DNA of 63,831 bases, filler included, from Octopus bimaculoides (lineage: Eukaryota): the NCBI RefSeq assembly GCF_001194135.2. It is 7 parts of 7 records of this genome, joined end to end, with 100 filler letters (N's around TTAATTAATTAA, not from the genome) between each part and the next. Parts side by side here need not be neighbours in the genome. Positions count along the whole stretch, not along the records: positions 26,711 to 52,014 come from NC_068992.1; 6 more parts are not named here. One strand, given 5' to 3'. Positions within the stretch are counted from its first letter, which is position 1, and each line of letters starts with the position of its first letter. A program made the translations under genes and the position numbers. Positions 36,552 to 50,526 of the stretch are shown here, piece after piece. The notes under the pieces were generated by a model, which saw only the letters and a list, made by a program, of their open reading frames with translations, searched no databases and was not told the origin of the DNA.

Positions 36552-38165
36552 CAAAAGTCTTCTAATAATAACTAAGGCTTTTGTTGAAATACGACGAGTA
36601 AATTTATATTATTAAAATCTGAAATATACGACTCAGTTCCTATTAATTACAATGCTGGTATTACTTAACTCCTATTAAATATAAAGAAGTTAATGATGGT
36701 GCTTCAGTATAACCGCAGTGTAATGACTGAAAACAAATAGAGGAATTGATAATCCAAAGATTAGTTACCTTCTCACAAAAGAACGTATATGGTCCATATT
36801 TAGAAATCAGTTTATTTCTTAACACATGTCACAATTACAATTCAAAATTTAAATGCGTTTGTCAGCTAAACTGAAAAACATTTTCTGTGACGATATTCCT
36901 GAATTATAAAGCAATATTCCTGAAGTAGAGTGTAATGCACTAAAGCTCTAACTATTGGTTGATGGTACCTGGAAAATGGTGATGACGAGTGTAAATTTAA
37001 AAATATGGTTCAATGTTTTTGTTTGACCCAGCCATAAGAAAAATGAAGTTTAAAATATATGATTTATACTACCACAACTACATATTAACAAGGACCACGC
37101 ATGGTACTATAATAGCAAAACCTCACGCACACATATGCACACAAAACCGCACTATGAGACTACAGCATGCATACAAGTTTCCAAAAAGAATCAACTATTC
37201 GAGAAAACAATGCAAGAATTTAAATATTTACGAGTGATTTCGTGCTTTCTTCGTTCTTGATTTTTTTTTCTTACTTGGTTCCGGATTGCGGCCATAAATC
37301 AGTGAATTCATATCTATTAAGGTAAGGAATATACACACTGGGATAATCTGGGACAATTTTACTTGTTTGAATGTCGTCTTGGTAATAATATGTGGCCTTC
37401 GTAGTCACAGCATAGGGAGTCTACTGATAATGGGCGAACCAATCAAAATAATGCGTAAGACGATACTTTTGAGTAAACAAGATCAGAGAAAGTATAGTTT
37501 TAAGAGAATAAGGAGCAAATAGTAACACACAACACTTGTAAGGATGATAACATAGGTACAACGAGATAAAAGAACTAAAGAAAATCATTGATGATAATTA
37601 TATGAAAGGCTGATGTTGAGATAACAGATAGTAGCTATAACAGATGGTAGCTATAGCTATGATATAAAAAATAACAGGAAAAATGTAAATGATACAATGC
37701 GATAAAACACCTGAAAGAAACATTGGTAACGACAATATAAAGGTTTGATCTTGATATTACAAGCAACAGCTTTTGAAACTGTCTCAGAAAGAGATAAGTA
37801 AGATAACTGATCAAAGAACGATACATGCTGTAAAGGTAACGAATCGGTAAACAGATATTGCTATTATATTATTTCACGAGTGATATAACAAGATGTAGAT
37901 TTATGTAGTGCCAGTTTCTTGTGAAATATAACAAGATAGATATTGAAAACATCCAAACCCTTGATGAATAAAATAGACTTATTAAATCAAAAGAGATACT
38001 CAAATCTTGTTAGCTACGTAGATTTCTGTTAATTACAAAATGACAATTAGAGATGTATAAAACTAATATTAACTACAAAAATGTTGATAATCATTTATGA
38101 AAAGCAATTGCTATGAAATATAAAAATTGATAAAAGATCACCGGATTTTCACGATAAACAGAAAG

Positions 38166-38380
38166 TAATAATCTTTTCTATTCTAGGTACAAGGCGCGAA
38201 TTTTTTGGGGAGGGGGCCAGTCGATTAGATCGACCCAAGTACGCAAATGGTACTTAATTTATCGACCCCGAAAGCATGAAGCGCAAACTCGACCTCGGCG
38301 GAACTTGAACTCAGAACGTAAAGACGGACGAAGTATCGCTAAGCATTTCGCCCGACATGCCAACGTTTCTGTCAACTTGC
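38166..38380 (-). mobile_element. SINE family D
   Basis: Well-preserved copy with tail, core and head. Confidence 0.85.
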
Positions 38381-39147
38381 AGAAATAGAAAGTAATAATG
38401 CGATTAGATCATACGCATACAGATGTCAGTCATATAACATCTATCGCATCTAAACGGAAAGTCTGGCTGAATAATATAGTCTGAAGTCAACAGAAGACAT
38501 TGGTCCGGCTGCAACGCCTTTGATCATAGCCTGGTTGACGAGTATGAGACGTTTTGGCACAGCAATTTAGGCAGACCCTATATGGCATCACTGAATTGAC
38601 ATCAGCCTCTTAATGTTTCTCTCGTTCTCTTCGTGTCTCTTTCCCCACCTTCTCTCTGTTTATGTGTGTGAGTATATTTATCTTATGTGTATGCGGAGAG
38701 AGAGCGTATTTATGTCAATCATGTTTAATTAATTAATTGTAATGTATATCACTCTCCTTTTCCCTCTCTTTCTTTCACCTTTTCTATCTGCATATGTACG
38801 TTTCCATCGCACGTAATGTGTGTGTTTGTGTGTGCGTGCGTGTTCTCCTCCACTGCGAAAAACGTCGTAGTGTCACCAAATCAGGCTGAGTGCTCACTCA
38901 GCCGTGCCATATTGTCAGCGCCCAAACAGCTGCACAAAATCGTCATATTGTGAGGTTAACTTGCGTTGCGCTTTACTTAAGTTCTAAACCACCATAACAG
39001 TCTAGTTTACGACTAACACTATAACACCCCAACTTCCTAACCTTGTAATCTCATTAACAATGCTATCATCTATATTGAGATACCTAACAGGCCTATCACC
39101 CTCAAAGTAATATCACCAATAACGTTACCCTTAGTACATTGTCTTGT

Positions 39148-39528
39148 TGTTGGCACTCCATCGCTTACGACGTCGAGGGTTCCAGTTGATCCGATCAACG
39201 GAACAGCCTGCTCGTGAAGTTAACGTGAAAGTGGCTGAGCACTCCACAGACACGTGTGCCCTTAACGTAGTTCTCGTGGACATTCAGCGTGACACAATGT
39301 GACAAGGCTGCCCCTTTAAATTACAGGCACAACAGAAACAGGAAGTAAGAGCGAGAGAAAGTTGTGATGAAAGAGTACAGCAGGGTTCTCCACCATCCCC
39401 TGCCGGAGCCTCGTGGAGCTTTAGGTGTTTTCGCTCAATAAACACTCACAACGCCCGGTCTGGGAATCGAAACCGCGATCCTACAACCGCGAGTCTGCTG
39501 CCCTAACCACTGGGCAATTGCGCCTCCA
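39148..39528 (-). mobile_element. Full-length SINE family C with probable 11-bp TSD
   Basis: A/B boxes; flanks CATTGTCTTGT (39137-39147) and CACTGTCTTGT (39529-39539). Confidence 0.9.
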
Positions 39529-40734
39529 CACTGTCTTGTAGTTATTTAGCAAAACCCAACTCTATTACACGTTGGCAAACCAGGATCAAAGACGTAGGTA
39601 CCTTAGCTAATGCCCTTTCTTCTCGAAAACTTTCGTCTCATTAAAGCAATTTGATTAATCGTGTGATTAAGGGTGTAATTTCAGCGACAGCCTCGGCATT
39701 TAACGGTTCGCCGAATTATAGCATTTGATGTTTAAAGCAACACGAGAAAGCTTTGTAACACATGCTTCTAATTAAATAGTCGAAGGAATAAACGAAATGT
39801 TATCGAACATAATACAAGTAGACATGTGATTAAGAAGGGAATCTTGTAACATCTATAATGTTAAAAATGACGCAAATTAAATGTATACCATGTAGTTCTT
39901 GTTCACTGCACTATAGAGAGTACCTCTGATAGTCAAACGTTGTTAATGATTATATCTACAAGCAATATTCACTAACAATATAACGGAGAAAATATTCATA
40001 CTATCGGATATGTGTTACCAATAATTTGGAAACAAAATTTTAATAGTGAACATTTGATAATAACGTGGAGTGCATATATTTCTGGCATTCAGCTTTTATT
40101 CAGAATATTCTTATAATTCATCCCTTGTTAACATTAATGTAGAGATTAACAACTAACTCAATAGACTGAAATTTAATACCCGTTGGAATGCATATTTAAA
40201 AATACCCAGTTGAGTTTATTTACGACAGCTAACTCTAGTAATATATAACACTTTTTAAACTACAAGTTGTATCTCGTCTGGAAATACCAAAAAGAAAAAA
40301 CAAAATGCAAAAAAAGATTTAAAAAAAAAAACAATACACAAACAACTGGTTCGTGCTATAAAAGATTTCAAAATTTATATAGCAGCAATAATTGTTTCTA
40401 ACACCTGTCACATGTTGAATATGTACAGAATTTATATCACCTGATTTATACATCATGCTCACTTTCTAACACACTTCTCTTGTTAATATTCATTTAGTTA
40501 TATTACATGGAGTATGTGTCTAAGAGAGAACACTTGTTAACAATAAAATGAAGAGAATATTTACAAAATGCCTCATCCCAGTTGTAAACAATAAAACAGA
40601 GAAGATATTTATAACACTGAACACATTTCTTAACAAAAAATATGCAGACAAAAAACTCCAACACCCGGATTTGTTAGCATCAGCATGAAGACTACATTTA
40701 ACATTAGTTCTTGCTACTTGTACCATAGAGACAA

Positions 40735-40940
40735 TGCGGCGAGCTGGCAGAATCTTTTGCACTCTCGACAAAAGTTGTTTAGCGTTCGTGTTGATGCTCT
40801 ATGTTGAAATTCCTCCGAGGTCGAATTTGCCTTTCAGCCTTTCGGGGTCGATACTATTAGCAACAGTCAAGAACTGGGGCCGATGTTACCGACTACACCT
40901 CTCCCCCTAATATTGCCGGCCCTGTGCCAACATTTAGAAC
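40735..40940 (+). mobile_element. SINE family D (degraded)
   Basis: GCGGCGAGCTGGCAGAATC ... GAGGTCGAATTTGCCTTTCAGCCTTTCGGGGTCGATA. Confidence 0.8.
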
Positions 40941-41854
40941 GTACCATACCACGGAGAGAACTTCTAACACTGAAAACCTTTTAATAATATGAAGGAATAG
41001 TTATAACTTCTATGAGTTAGATTGAATGTAAGATGTAGACTACTTCTCATATTCATTATTATATAAATATATCAACTAGATATAACAAAGCGGTTATTAG
41101 TATTTAGAATACCGAACTCCGAAAGAAATCAGATTTAAGTGAAATGAAATAAGACAATCCAAAATCAAACGGTTCGTGCTAGGGATATGTTAAATATTGA
41201 TAACACCAATATGGAGTCTGCTTATGACACTTGCCATGTGCCGAAGATCACATGGCTAGCTTTAATAAGAACACCAGTTGTACACACCATACAGACTTTA
41301 TAAAAGCGATCTCTTACTACAATTAACTACAATAATATATGAGTGTTGTTATCATTAAAATGAAGGCCATATATACATATATTAAAAAAAAAAAACTAGC
41401 TTTAATCACACTAACATGGTAACTCCAATTCTGTGAGAAATACTAAGCAGTATTTCATTCCGGTCTTGTTAACACTAACGTCGAGAACATAGCTATAATC
41501 ACACATTATTACTGTTATCAACAGTGAGAAGATTACACCTATAACATCCAGCTGTTGGTTACAATTAGTTGGACATTATAACCTCTGCTCGAGGAATAAT
41601 AACAACCCATCTTTATAAATACCTTTGATATATTTAAGAAACAGCGTGTGTCAGCTAAATGTATCTTGCTGATCCTTCGCAAGAGTTATAATATTCAGAA
41701 ATACTGTTAGCAAATATTTACCACAACAAAACTCTAAAGGATGACATAATTTTCATATATGGACCTGCTACGAAAGAATACCATTAAGATCATTTTGAAC
41801 ATGTATCTCTTTAGATATTTTTGATCGACTAGGTTTGGTCTAGTAATACATTTT

Positions 41855-42103
41855 TTTTTTCATTCCTGCGGTCGTGCAAGGGTTCGCCTTAGAAGGTTTA
41901 GGCGAACAAATCGATCCCATTACTCATATGTTAAGCCTGGTACTTATTCTATCGGGCTGTATTGCAGAGTCGGTACGTTACGTGGATGTCAACACACTAA
42001 CATCAATTGTCAAATGGTGGTGGGTGTGAAAACAGACAAAACGGTAGAGAACCCCATTTACGAACGCAGGCACGCACGCACGCATACATACACACATACA
42101 AAC

Positions 42104-42201
<98 letters not shown>

Positions 42202-42355
42202 ACATATATAGATAGATAGACCGACGTACATATATAGGATTCCGCCTGCGAAATTCAATCACAAGGCATTGATCTGATTGGCTCTATAGTAGTACGCACA
42301 TGACCAAGCTTTCATACTGAACCAGAACACGCGTGGCTGCAAAGCAAGCTTCTTA
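41855..42355 (-). mobile_element. Old SINE family A copy with expanded (CA)n
   Basis: Diverged tail AAGCCTGGTACTTATTCTATCG and head AAGCAAGCTTCTTA flank a long (CA)n. Confidence 0.6.
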
Positions 42356-43552
42356 AGATGTGTCTAGTAATAATCATGATCGAATTTAGGTAGAAACCAG
42401 CTCCTACCCAACAACAGAAATAGCGCATGAATTAAAATATCTTCCAAGAACCTTATCATAAGTGTATAACATTGTGTTTCTTTTATAACTGACTTCCTGA
42501 GAAAAAAAACACCACTTCTAATTTCGATGATGCATTAGAAAGTATGACGACCAGATCTTGATTTCTATAATGTAGGAGAGACAATAACAACCACGTCATC
42601 ATCTTAATAATACAGCAGAAATACCAACAACTATCTCCTAATATTAATAATGCAGGGACAGTTAAACAAACATCTTATTTCAATATGGCAGAAGAGATAA
42701 AAGAATAAATAATCAGCTTCTGATCTCAATAATGGATGTAGAAACAATAACCAGCTCGTGATAAAATATTGCAGTAGCGATTACATCAACTAGGTCCTTA
42801 TCACAACATTGCAGTAGTTACAATATCAAAGAGTTCATGGTATAAATATAGAGTCAGTAGTATAATTAGCTTGTGCTCATACTTACAATGGGAAGACAAC
42901 AACTATTTTGTGGGCACAGCAACATTGTAGTGATTATTACAACCATTCTTATCGTAAATATATTCCAAAGACTGTCACATTTATGACATAACTGCAATGG
43001 AAAGACTATAAAAACCCATCTTTTAAAGACAATTACATTCATTTTAGGGACAACAGCATCAATTTCGTGACCATAACAACCATCTCTGGTAATACATATA
43101 CACAGTTGTATATATATTGTATATATGCATAATAATTGAATCAAAATATTGTTAATTTTAACTAGCTGACTGACTTTTGCAATATTATGAGTTATTTTTT
43201 TGTTTTTGTTCTTAACGAAAAATAATTCAATTCTTGTATGACAGAAGAGAAAACCCAAATCCCAGTTTGCCGGAGTGAATATCCCGATTTGCAAGCCATA
43301 TCCTTGCAGTGGAAAAACCAGACCAAGCGATTCCATGAGATTGGTAGACTCTCTCTCGTACGGACACTCATACACACACACACACACGCGCACACACACA
43401 CACACACACACGCACAATGCCATTGTCTGTGCCTCTTTCTCCAATTCTACACGCACTGGTATATANNNNNNNNNNNNNNNNNNNNNNNNNNNNNNNNNNN
43501 NNNNNNNNNNNNNNNNNNNNNNNNNNNNNNNNNNNNNNNNNNNNNNNNNNNN

Positions 43553-43601
<49 letters not shown>

Positions 43602-45673
43602 CATACATACATACATACAATATGTCTGTCAACATCCAAATAGGACTATGAGCAAAGCACATACCTCTAAACGTACTCATACTTCTCTATAATGCCCTAT
43701 AGACATACACAATGAAACATAAAAATTGAAAAATCTTCAAATGCAAACACATACATACACAAGCGAACATGGATACCAAAACAGAACATACGTCATACAC
43801 TATTCACATGACCTCAAAGTATACAGAATTTGCTACATACACTCTTATACAATGACAGAAACACATACACTCGTTATATTCAGAGACATTGCGACGCAGA
43901 TCTGACAACAATCACATATGTATACAGAAATGCGTTCACAAAATAGACAGGAGAAACACGAGCATAAACATATGCATTCAAAAATACATAAAAAAATTCG
44001 CACATAGAAACAACTAAAACAGACATACGCACAGATACACAAATTGACGTATACATATGTAATAAAACAACGCAATGGTGGCGACGAGAATGTTGTTACT
44101 GTTTAAATATTGAAACTTTGAAACCACGCGGAATGCAATTAAAATATCTTAATATTGGAAATTTTCCAATAATTTTAACGAAACCAATATGTCGTCAATA
44201 AAAGAATGTATTGGGGGAAAAGTGAATTAAAGAATGAAGGGATAAATAAATAGGGGTAAAAATGAAAGAATATAAGGGAGAAATATACCGCAAAGAGAAG
44301 GACAGAAAGGATACGTCAATCGGGGTGCAGAAGAACGGGCGATAGAATATGAGAAGAGAGAGGGAGAGGAAAAGAAGAGAAAGAGATGAAGGAGGAAATT
44401 ATTCGCGTGAAAAGTGCATACGAAGAGTTAGGAGTAACGAAGGAAGAGTGAGAGAAGTGAGGAATGAGATGATGGAAGAGTGTATTTTGTGATGAGAAAG
44501 ATGAAGAAAAGGGGAGAAATTCAGAAAGACATAAGGAAAATTAAATGGATTACATGGAAAGAAGGTTAAGAAAATAAATGCAGAAATAATTGTAAAAAAC
44601 AAGTAAACAACAAATGAAAGAAGGATTACCAAAGAATTGATATATATATATGTATATATATGTATGTATGTATATATATATATGTATGCATGTATATATA
44701 TATANNNNNNNNNNNNNNNNNNNNNNNNNNNNNNNNNNNNNNNNNNNNNNNNNNNNNNNNNNNNNNNNNNNNNNNNNNNNNNNNNNNNNNNNNNNNNNNN
44801 NNNNNNNNNNNNNNNNNNNNNNNNNNNNNNNNNNNNNNNNNNNNNNNNNNNNNNNNNNNNNNNNNNNNNNNNNNNNNNNNNNNNNNNNNNNNNNNNNNNN
44901 NNNNNNNNNNNNNNNNNNNNNNNNNNNNNNNNNNNNNNNNNNNNNNNNNNNNNNNNNNNNNNNNNNNNNNNNNNNNNNNNNNNNNNNNNNNNNNNNNNNN
45001 NNNNNNNNNNNNNNNNNNNNNNNNNNNNNNNNNNNNNNNNNNNNNNNNNNNNNNNNNNNNNNNNNNNNNNNNNNNNNNNNNNNNNNNNNNNNNNNNNNNN
45101 NNNNNNNNNNNNNNNNNNNNNNNNNNNNNNNNNNNNNNNNNNNNNNNNNNNNNNNNNNNNNNNNNNNNNNNNNNNNNNNNNNNNNNNNNNNNNNNNNNNN
45201 NNNNNNNNNNNNNNNNNNNNNNNNNNNNNNNNNNNNNNNNNNNNNNNNNNNNNNNNNNNNNNNNNNNNNNNNNNNNNNNNNNNNNNNNNNNNNNNNNNNN
45301 NNNNNNNNNNNNNNNNNNNNNNNNNNNNNNNNNNNNNNNNNNNNNNNNNNNNNNNNNNNNNNNNNNNNNNNNNNNNNNNNNNNNNNNNNNNNNNNNNNNN
45401 NNNNNNNNNNNNNNNNNNNNNNNNNNNNNNNNNNNNNNNNNNNNNNNNNNNNNNNNNNNNNNNNNNNNNNNNNNNNNNNNNNNNNNNNNNNNNNNNNNNN
45501 NNNNNNNNNNNNNNNNNNNNNNNNNNNNNNNNNNNNNNNNNNNNNNNNNNNNNNNNNNNNNNNNNNNNNNNNNNNNNNNNNNNNNNNNNNNNNNNNNNNN
45601 NNNNNNNNNNNNNNNNNNNNNNNNNNNNNNNNNNNNNNNNNNNNNNNNNNNNNNNNNNNNNNNNNNNNNNNNN

Positions 45674-45718
<45 letters not shown>

Positions 45719-45829
45719 GTATGTATATATATATATGAAAAAGACAACCGAAATTTACAGAATGTCAAGTAAAAGCAGAGACACCATCTTGAAAAATAAT
45801 AGCAAATTTCACTGAACTGGTATTCAATG

Positions 45830-46672
45830 CCTGATCCTAGGCAGCGATGTTTCGGCTGCCAGCATGATGCTTCCTGATCTTTTCAGTTGTAATTCCATGC
45901 GGATTAGAGTTTCTTCTCTCTCGTTTGCTATTTGTGTTCGGAATTGCACTCTGAAGTCCATTTTTGTTAAATCCTTCTTCATTAGCAACGTACTGTGGCA
46001 GGTCTTGTGCACTATTTACCAAATATATTACCATGTTTTTCACTTCATTTTTGAAGCACTCCCGAGCACTAATCAGCTCACGTGTATTTTTACACATCTT
46101 CATGTAGAGCCTGAGAACATTCGCCTTAAGGTGGAGGGCACTATTCAATCTCATTGTCTTTCGCGATGTGTGATCGAGTTAGTCAATCTCCGTTCATGTC
46201 CAATACAGAATGGGTGCGCTATAGTGGACAACAACAACAGCCCATATGTTGATGGCAGTCGCAAGGTTCCTTGCGTTGAGTCTTGATTTCAAGAGAAGCT
46301 TAAAGCGCTTGAAATATACAGTGATGACATTGTCTTTCATTTCTTTATGCAAGATATTTTTACAGCTCCAGGAACCGAAAATACTTGTACTCATCACCAT
46401 CCGGTTCTTCCATTCTCTTTCCGTTTGTCAATTCTATGCCCCTACAATATACTCTTTTCCTCCTCTTCAAAGTAATCACCGCACACTTCGAGATACCGTA
46501 ATCTATCTCTATATCGTTGCTACACAGTTGCACAGTCTCAGCCAGCCTCTGCATTTCAGGCTTTGTGTTTGCGAACAGTTTTAAATTTATCTATGAAGAG
46601 AAGGTAGTTGAGACGAAGTCCATTCTTTCTCAGCTCATAGTCAGCGTTGGACTTTGCGTAAGACTAGAGAAA
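45830..46672 (-). pseudogene. Reverse-transcriptase fragment of an R4/Dong-like (REL-endonuclease) non-LTR retrotransposon
   Basis: Frameshifted minus translation RLNYLLFIDKFKLFA (decayed NHLLFMDDLKL) .. DIEIDYGISKCAV .. YKYFRFLE .. LKSRLNARNLATAINIWAV .. LHLKANVLRLY. Confidence 0.8.
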
Positions 46673-46684
46673 GTGCGATGAAGG

Positions 46685-46906
46685 AAGGCAACGAGCTGGC
46701 AGAATCGTTGGCACGCCGGGCAAAATGCTTAGCGTCATTACGTGTGCCTTCACGTTCTCAGTCCAGATGCCTTCGGGATCGACATTCCTTTCATCCTTCC
46801 GGTGTCGATAAAATAAATACCAGCTGATTACTGAGGTCGATGTAATTTTGCTATCCCGCTCCCCCAAATGTCAGGACTTGTGCCTATATTAGAAAGGATC
46901 ATTATT
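46685..46906 (+). mobile_element. SINE family D
   Basis: Head AAGGCAACGAGCTGGCAGAATCGTTGGC; Deu/Nin-like core CCTTTCATCCTTCCGGTGTCGATAAAATAAATACCAG; tail GTGCCTATATTAGAAAGGATCATT. Confidence 0.85.
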
Positions 46907-46919
46907 CTTATCATCATAA

Positions 46920-47040
46920 TGGTCGTCGTCGTCGTCGTCGTCGTCATCATCGTCATCGTCATCATCATCATCATCACCATCGTCATCATCATCATCGTCA
47001 TCATATTCGTTCTCACCATCTTCGTCATTACCAACATCTT
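46920..47040. repeat. (GTC)n/(CAT)n microsatellite
   Basis: Directly visible. Confidence 0.9.
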
Positions 47041-47505
47041 CATTATAAAAAATTGCTATCAATTTTCAATGAAAGTTAGTCTCAACATGTATTAATAGGT
47101 TGCTTAATGCAAGTAACTAAAAGAGAGAAAAGGTACCAACAAATTAAAATACAAACTAAGACATCCTATTACAATTCGTCGACATTGAAATATGTTATCT
47201 CAGGAAGGATGGATGAAACAGTTTAATATATAATGTGTAAATTCTAATAAAAAAAACAAACATGTTACGTAACAAACTTTACACCTTCCTTCGAAACAAT
47301 TATTCTAATGCTATTTAGCGTCATATGTATACATATATAAACACATACATACACATACATACATACATACATACATGTATATATGTATATATGTCTGTAT
47401 CTATATAGATATGTATGTATGTGTTTGTGTGTGAGAGTGGAAATGCACAAAATACATATGTGTGGAAGAGCATGTATCTTTGAACATACATACATAATTA
47501 CATAA

Positions 47506-47550
<45 letters not shown>

Positions 47551-47553
<3 letters not shown>

Positions 47554-47786
47554 GGTATTTTTATATAAGCTTAAGGCTTATGGCGATCACCGTCTAATGA
47601 CTAAGGAAAATATTCTAATAAAGGGGCATATAAGCCCTCGACAGAAAAAGAAAGATTTCCTATCCGCGTTGTTAGGAAAGCCCTCTTTTTTTCTGTCGAG
47701 GGATTATATGCTCCTTTATGGGACTCTTTTCCTTAATCATTGCACAGTGATCTCTATAAGCCTTAAGATTATATAAAAATACCATT
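47551..47786. mobile_element. 236-bp foldback / MITE-like palindrome
   Basis: About 100-bp ungapped arms, about 13 mismatches by hand count, starting AATGGTATTTTTATATAA and ending TTATATAAAAATACCATT. Confidence 0.7.
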
Positions 47787-47832
47787 ACCATTATTTAGAG
47801 GATTGTAAATCATGGCGCCGTAATAAAAACCA

Positions 47833-48023
47833 TTAATTAATTAATTAATAATTAATAATTTTACCAAGTAGTTCGGTATGTGAAAATAACCTTTATCGGT
47901 AACCTTATACAGAAGTTCTATAATTATAAGCATAATTATTTATTAGGGTTCAGCAAATTGCTTCACCATATGCCGGAATTTAGAAATGGCAGTTAAATAC
48001 TATTCCTCTGCTATTTCTAAATT
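47833..48023. repeat. Unclassified interspersed repeat, copy 1, ending in a 16-bp hairpin
   Basis: Similar to 51728-51876 (CCAAGTAGTTC.GTATG ... ACCTTTATCGGTAA ... TTAGAAAT.GCAGT). Confidence 0.7.
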
Positions 48024-48068
48024 TACATATACTCTTATATACGAATATACTTACATTTACACACACAT

Positions 48069-48110
<42 letters not shown>

Positions 48111-48939
48111 NNNNNNNNNNNNNNNNNNNNNNNNNNNNNNNNNNNNNNNNNNNNNNNNNNNNNNNNNNNNNNNNNNNNNNNNNNNNNNNNNNNNNNNNNN
48201 NNNNNNNNNNNNNNNNNNNNNNNNNNNNNNNNNNNNNNNNNNNNNNNNNNNNNNNNNNNNNNNNNNNNNNNNNNNNNNNNNNNNNNNNNNNNNNNNNNNN
48301 NNNNNNNNNNNNNNNNNNNNNNNNNNNNNNNNNNNNNNNNNNNNNNNNNNNNNNNNNNNNNNNNNNNNNNNNNNNNNNNNNNNNNNNNNNNNNNNNNNNN
48401 NNNNNNNNNNNNNNNNNNNNNNNNNNNNNNNNNNNNNNNNNNNNNNNNNNNNNNNNNNNNNNNNNNNNNNNNNNNNNNNNNNNNNNNNNNNNNNNNNNNN
48501 NNNNNNNNNNNNNNNNNNNNNNNNNNNNNNNNNNNNNNNNNNNNNNNNNNNNNNNNNNNNNNNNNNNNNNNNNNNNNNNNNNNNNNNNNNNNNNNNNNNN
48601 NNNNNNNNNNNNNNNNNNNNNNNNNNNNNNNNNNNNNNNNNNNNNNNNNNNNNNNNNNNNNNNNNNNNNNNNNNNNNNNNNNNNNNNNNNNNNNNNNNNN
48701 NNNNNNNNNNNNNNNNNNNNNNNNNNNNNNNNNNNNNNNNNNNNNNNNNNNNNNNNNNNNNNNNNNNNNNNNNNNNNNNNNNNNNNNNNNNNNNNNNNNN
48801 NNNNNNNNNNNNNNNNNNNNNNNNNNNNNNNNNNNNNNNNNNNNNNNNNNNNNNNNNNNNNNNNNNNNNNNNNNNNNNNNNNNNNNNNNNNNNNNNNNNN
48901 NNNNNNNNNNNNNNNNNNNTAACTATAAAAAATACATAT

Positions 48940-49005
<66 letters not shown>

Positions 49006-50022
49006 GCACACACATATATATATATAAAACATTTTTTCAGAATGAGATAAAAAAACCAAGGCTGTGAAGATTTTTGAATATTTATAAATAGGTCTTACAT
49101 CTGTTCCATGACTTTTATTATATCCCTTCATCGGAGACGGTGTGAGGAAATGGTTAAGCAATAATTAATTTAGATATGATACGAAGTAGAGAGTGAAGTG
49201 GAGGAACGAAAATAGATGTTAGATATGCAGGGATATTGCGTTTGTAGATCCATTATTTAGGCAGAATGGTATACATATAAGATTCCAATACCTTGTGAGT
49301 AAAATCCAATAGTATCTAAAAATTGGTCAAAAGTTTGTACACAGGTCTATTGAATTAAGGGTTTAATTTAAAGTGACCTAAAAGTACGGAATGTATTTGT
49401 AAGGTCAAATCGAAAACAGGAAGGGAGGAATAAAGAAAAGAAAAAGAAAAGAGAAGGAAAAAGAGAAGCAAAATAGAATAAAAATGGAAAGAGAAGAATA
49501 AAGAAAAGAAAGAAAAAGAGAAAAAGGAAAAACAAGGTGAGAGATAATAAAAGAAAGTGTACCAGTTAGTGGTCAGTGAAGACAATTTGAAAGTAGGAAT
49601 GGGAAGATGAGAGTGATAGAGAGAGAAAGGTATTAGAGTGTAAAAAGATAGAAGGAATGGGGGTGATAGAGAGAGAGAGAGGTATAAATAGTAAAGGAGT
49701 GTCAGTTAAGTAGTGATAGGGTTTAAGTGATGGGGCAGGGAGAGGGGTAGTAGTAGGGAATGAGGAATTTAAGAATATAGATTATGTGGTCGGGCAGGTC
49801 AGTGGCTTGTAGCAGTAGTAGAAAATATATGTATGCATCTTCACATATATGTTTTCTGAAAACCAGATGTTTTATGTATACACCCGCTGATATGTGACCT
49901 ACGTTGGACTCCTTATTCGCATAATCACCGAACCTGGGGCTTAAGTATGGTCTATCCATAGCACTTACTCAGCATTACCTGACACCTTTGGGTCTTACTG
50001 ACACCATTACCTCTCATAACCT

Positions 50023-50053
<31 letters not shown>

Positions 50054-50483
50054 NNNNNNNNNNNNNNNNNNNNNNNNNNNNNNNNNNNNNNNNNNNNNNN
50101 NNNNNNNNNNNNNNNNNNNNNNNNNNNNNNNNNNNNNNNNNNNNNNNNNNNNNNNNNNNNNNNNNNNNNNNNNNNNNNNNNNNNNNNNNNNNNNNNNNNN
50201 NNNNNNNNNNNNNNNNNNNNNNNNNNNNNNNNNNNNNNNNNNNNNNNNNNNNNNNNNNNNNNNNNNNNNNNNNNNNNNNNNNNNNNNNNNNNNNNNNNNN
50301 NNNNNNNNNNNNNNNNNNNNNNNNNNNNNNNNNNNNNNNNNNNNNNNNNNNNNNNNNNNNNNNNNNNNNNNNNNNNNNNNNNNNNNNNNNNNNNNNNNNN
50401 NNNNNNNNNNNNNNNNNNNNNNNNNNNNNNNNNNNNNNNNNNNNNNNNNNNNNNNNNNNNNNNNNNNNNNNNNNNNNNNNNNN

Positions 50484-50526
<43 letters not shown>

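Noticed and set aside
42866-43350. Stop-free stretches on both strands
   Set aside because: No domain recognised; several frames are open, so no frame is specifically supported.
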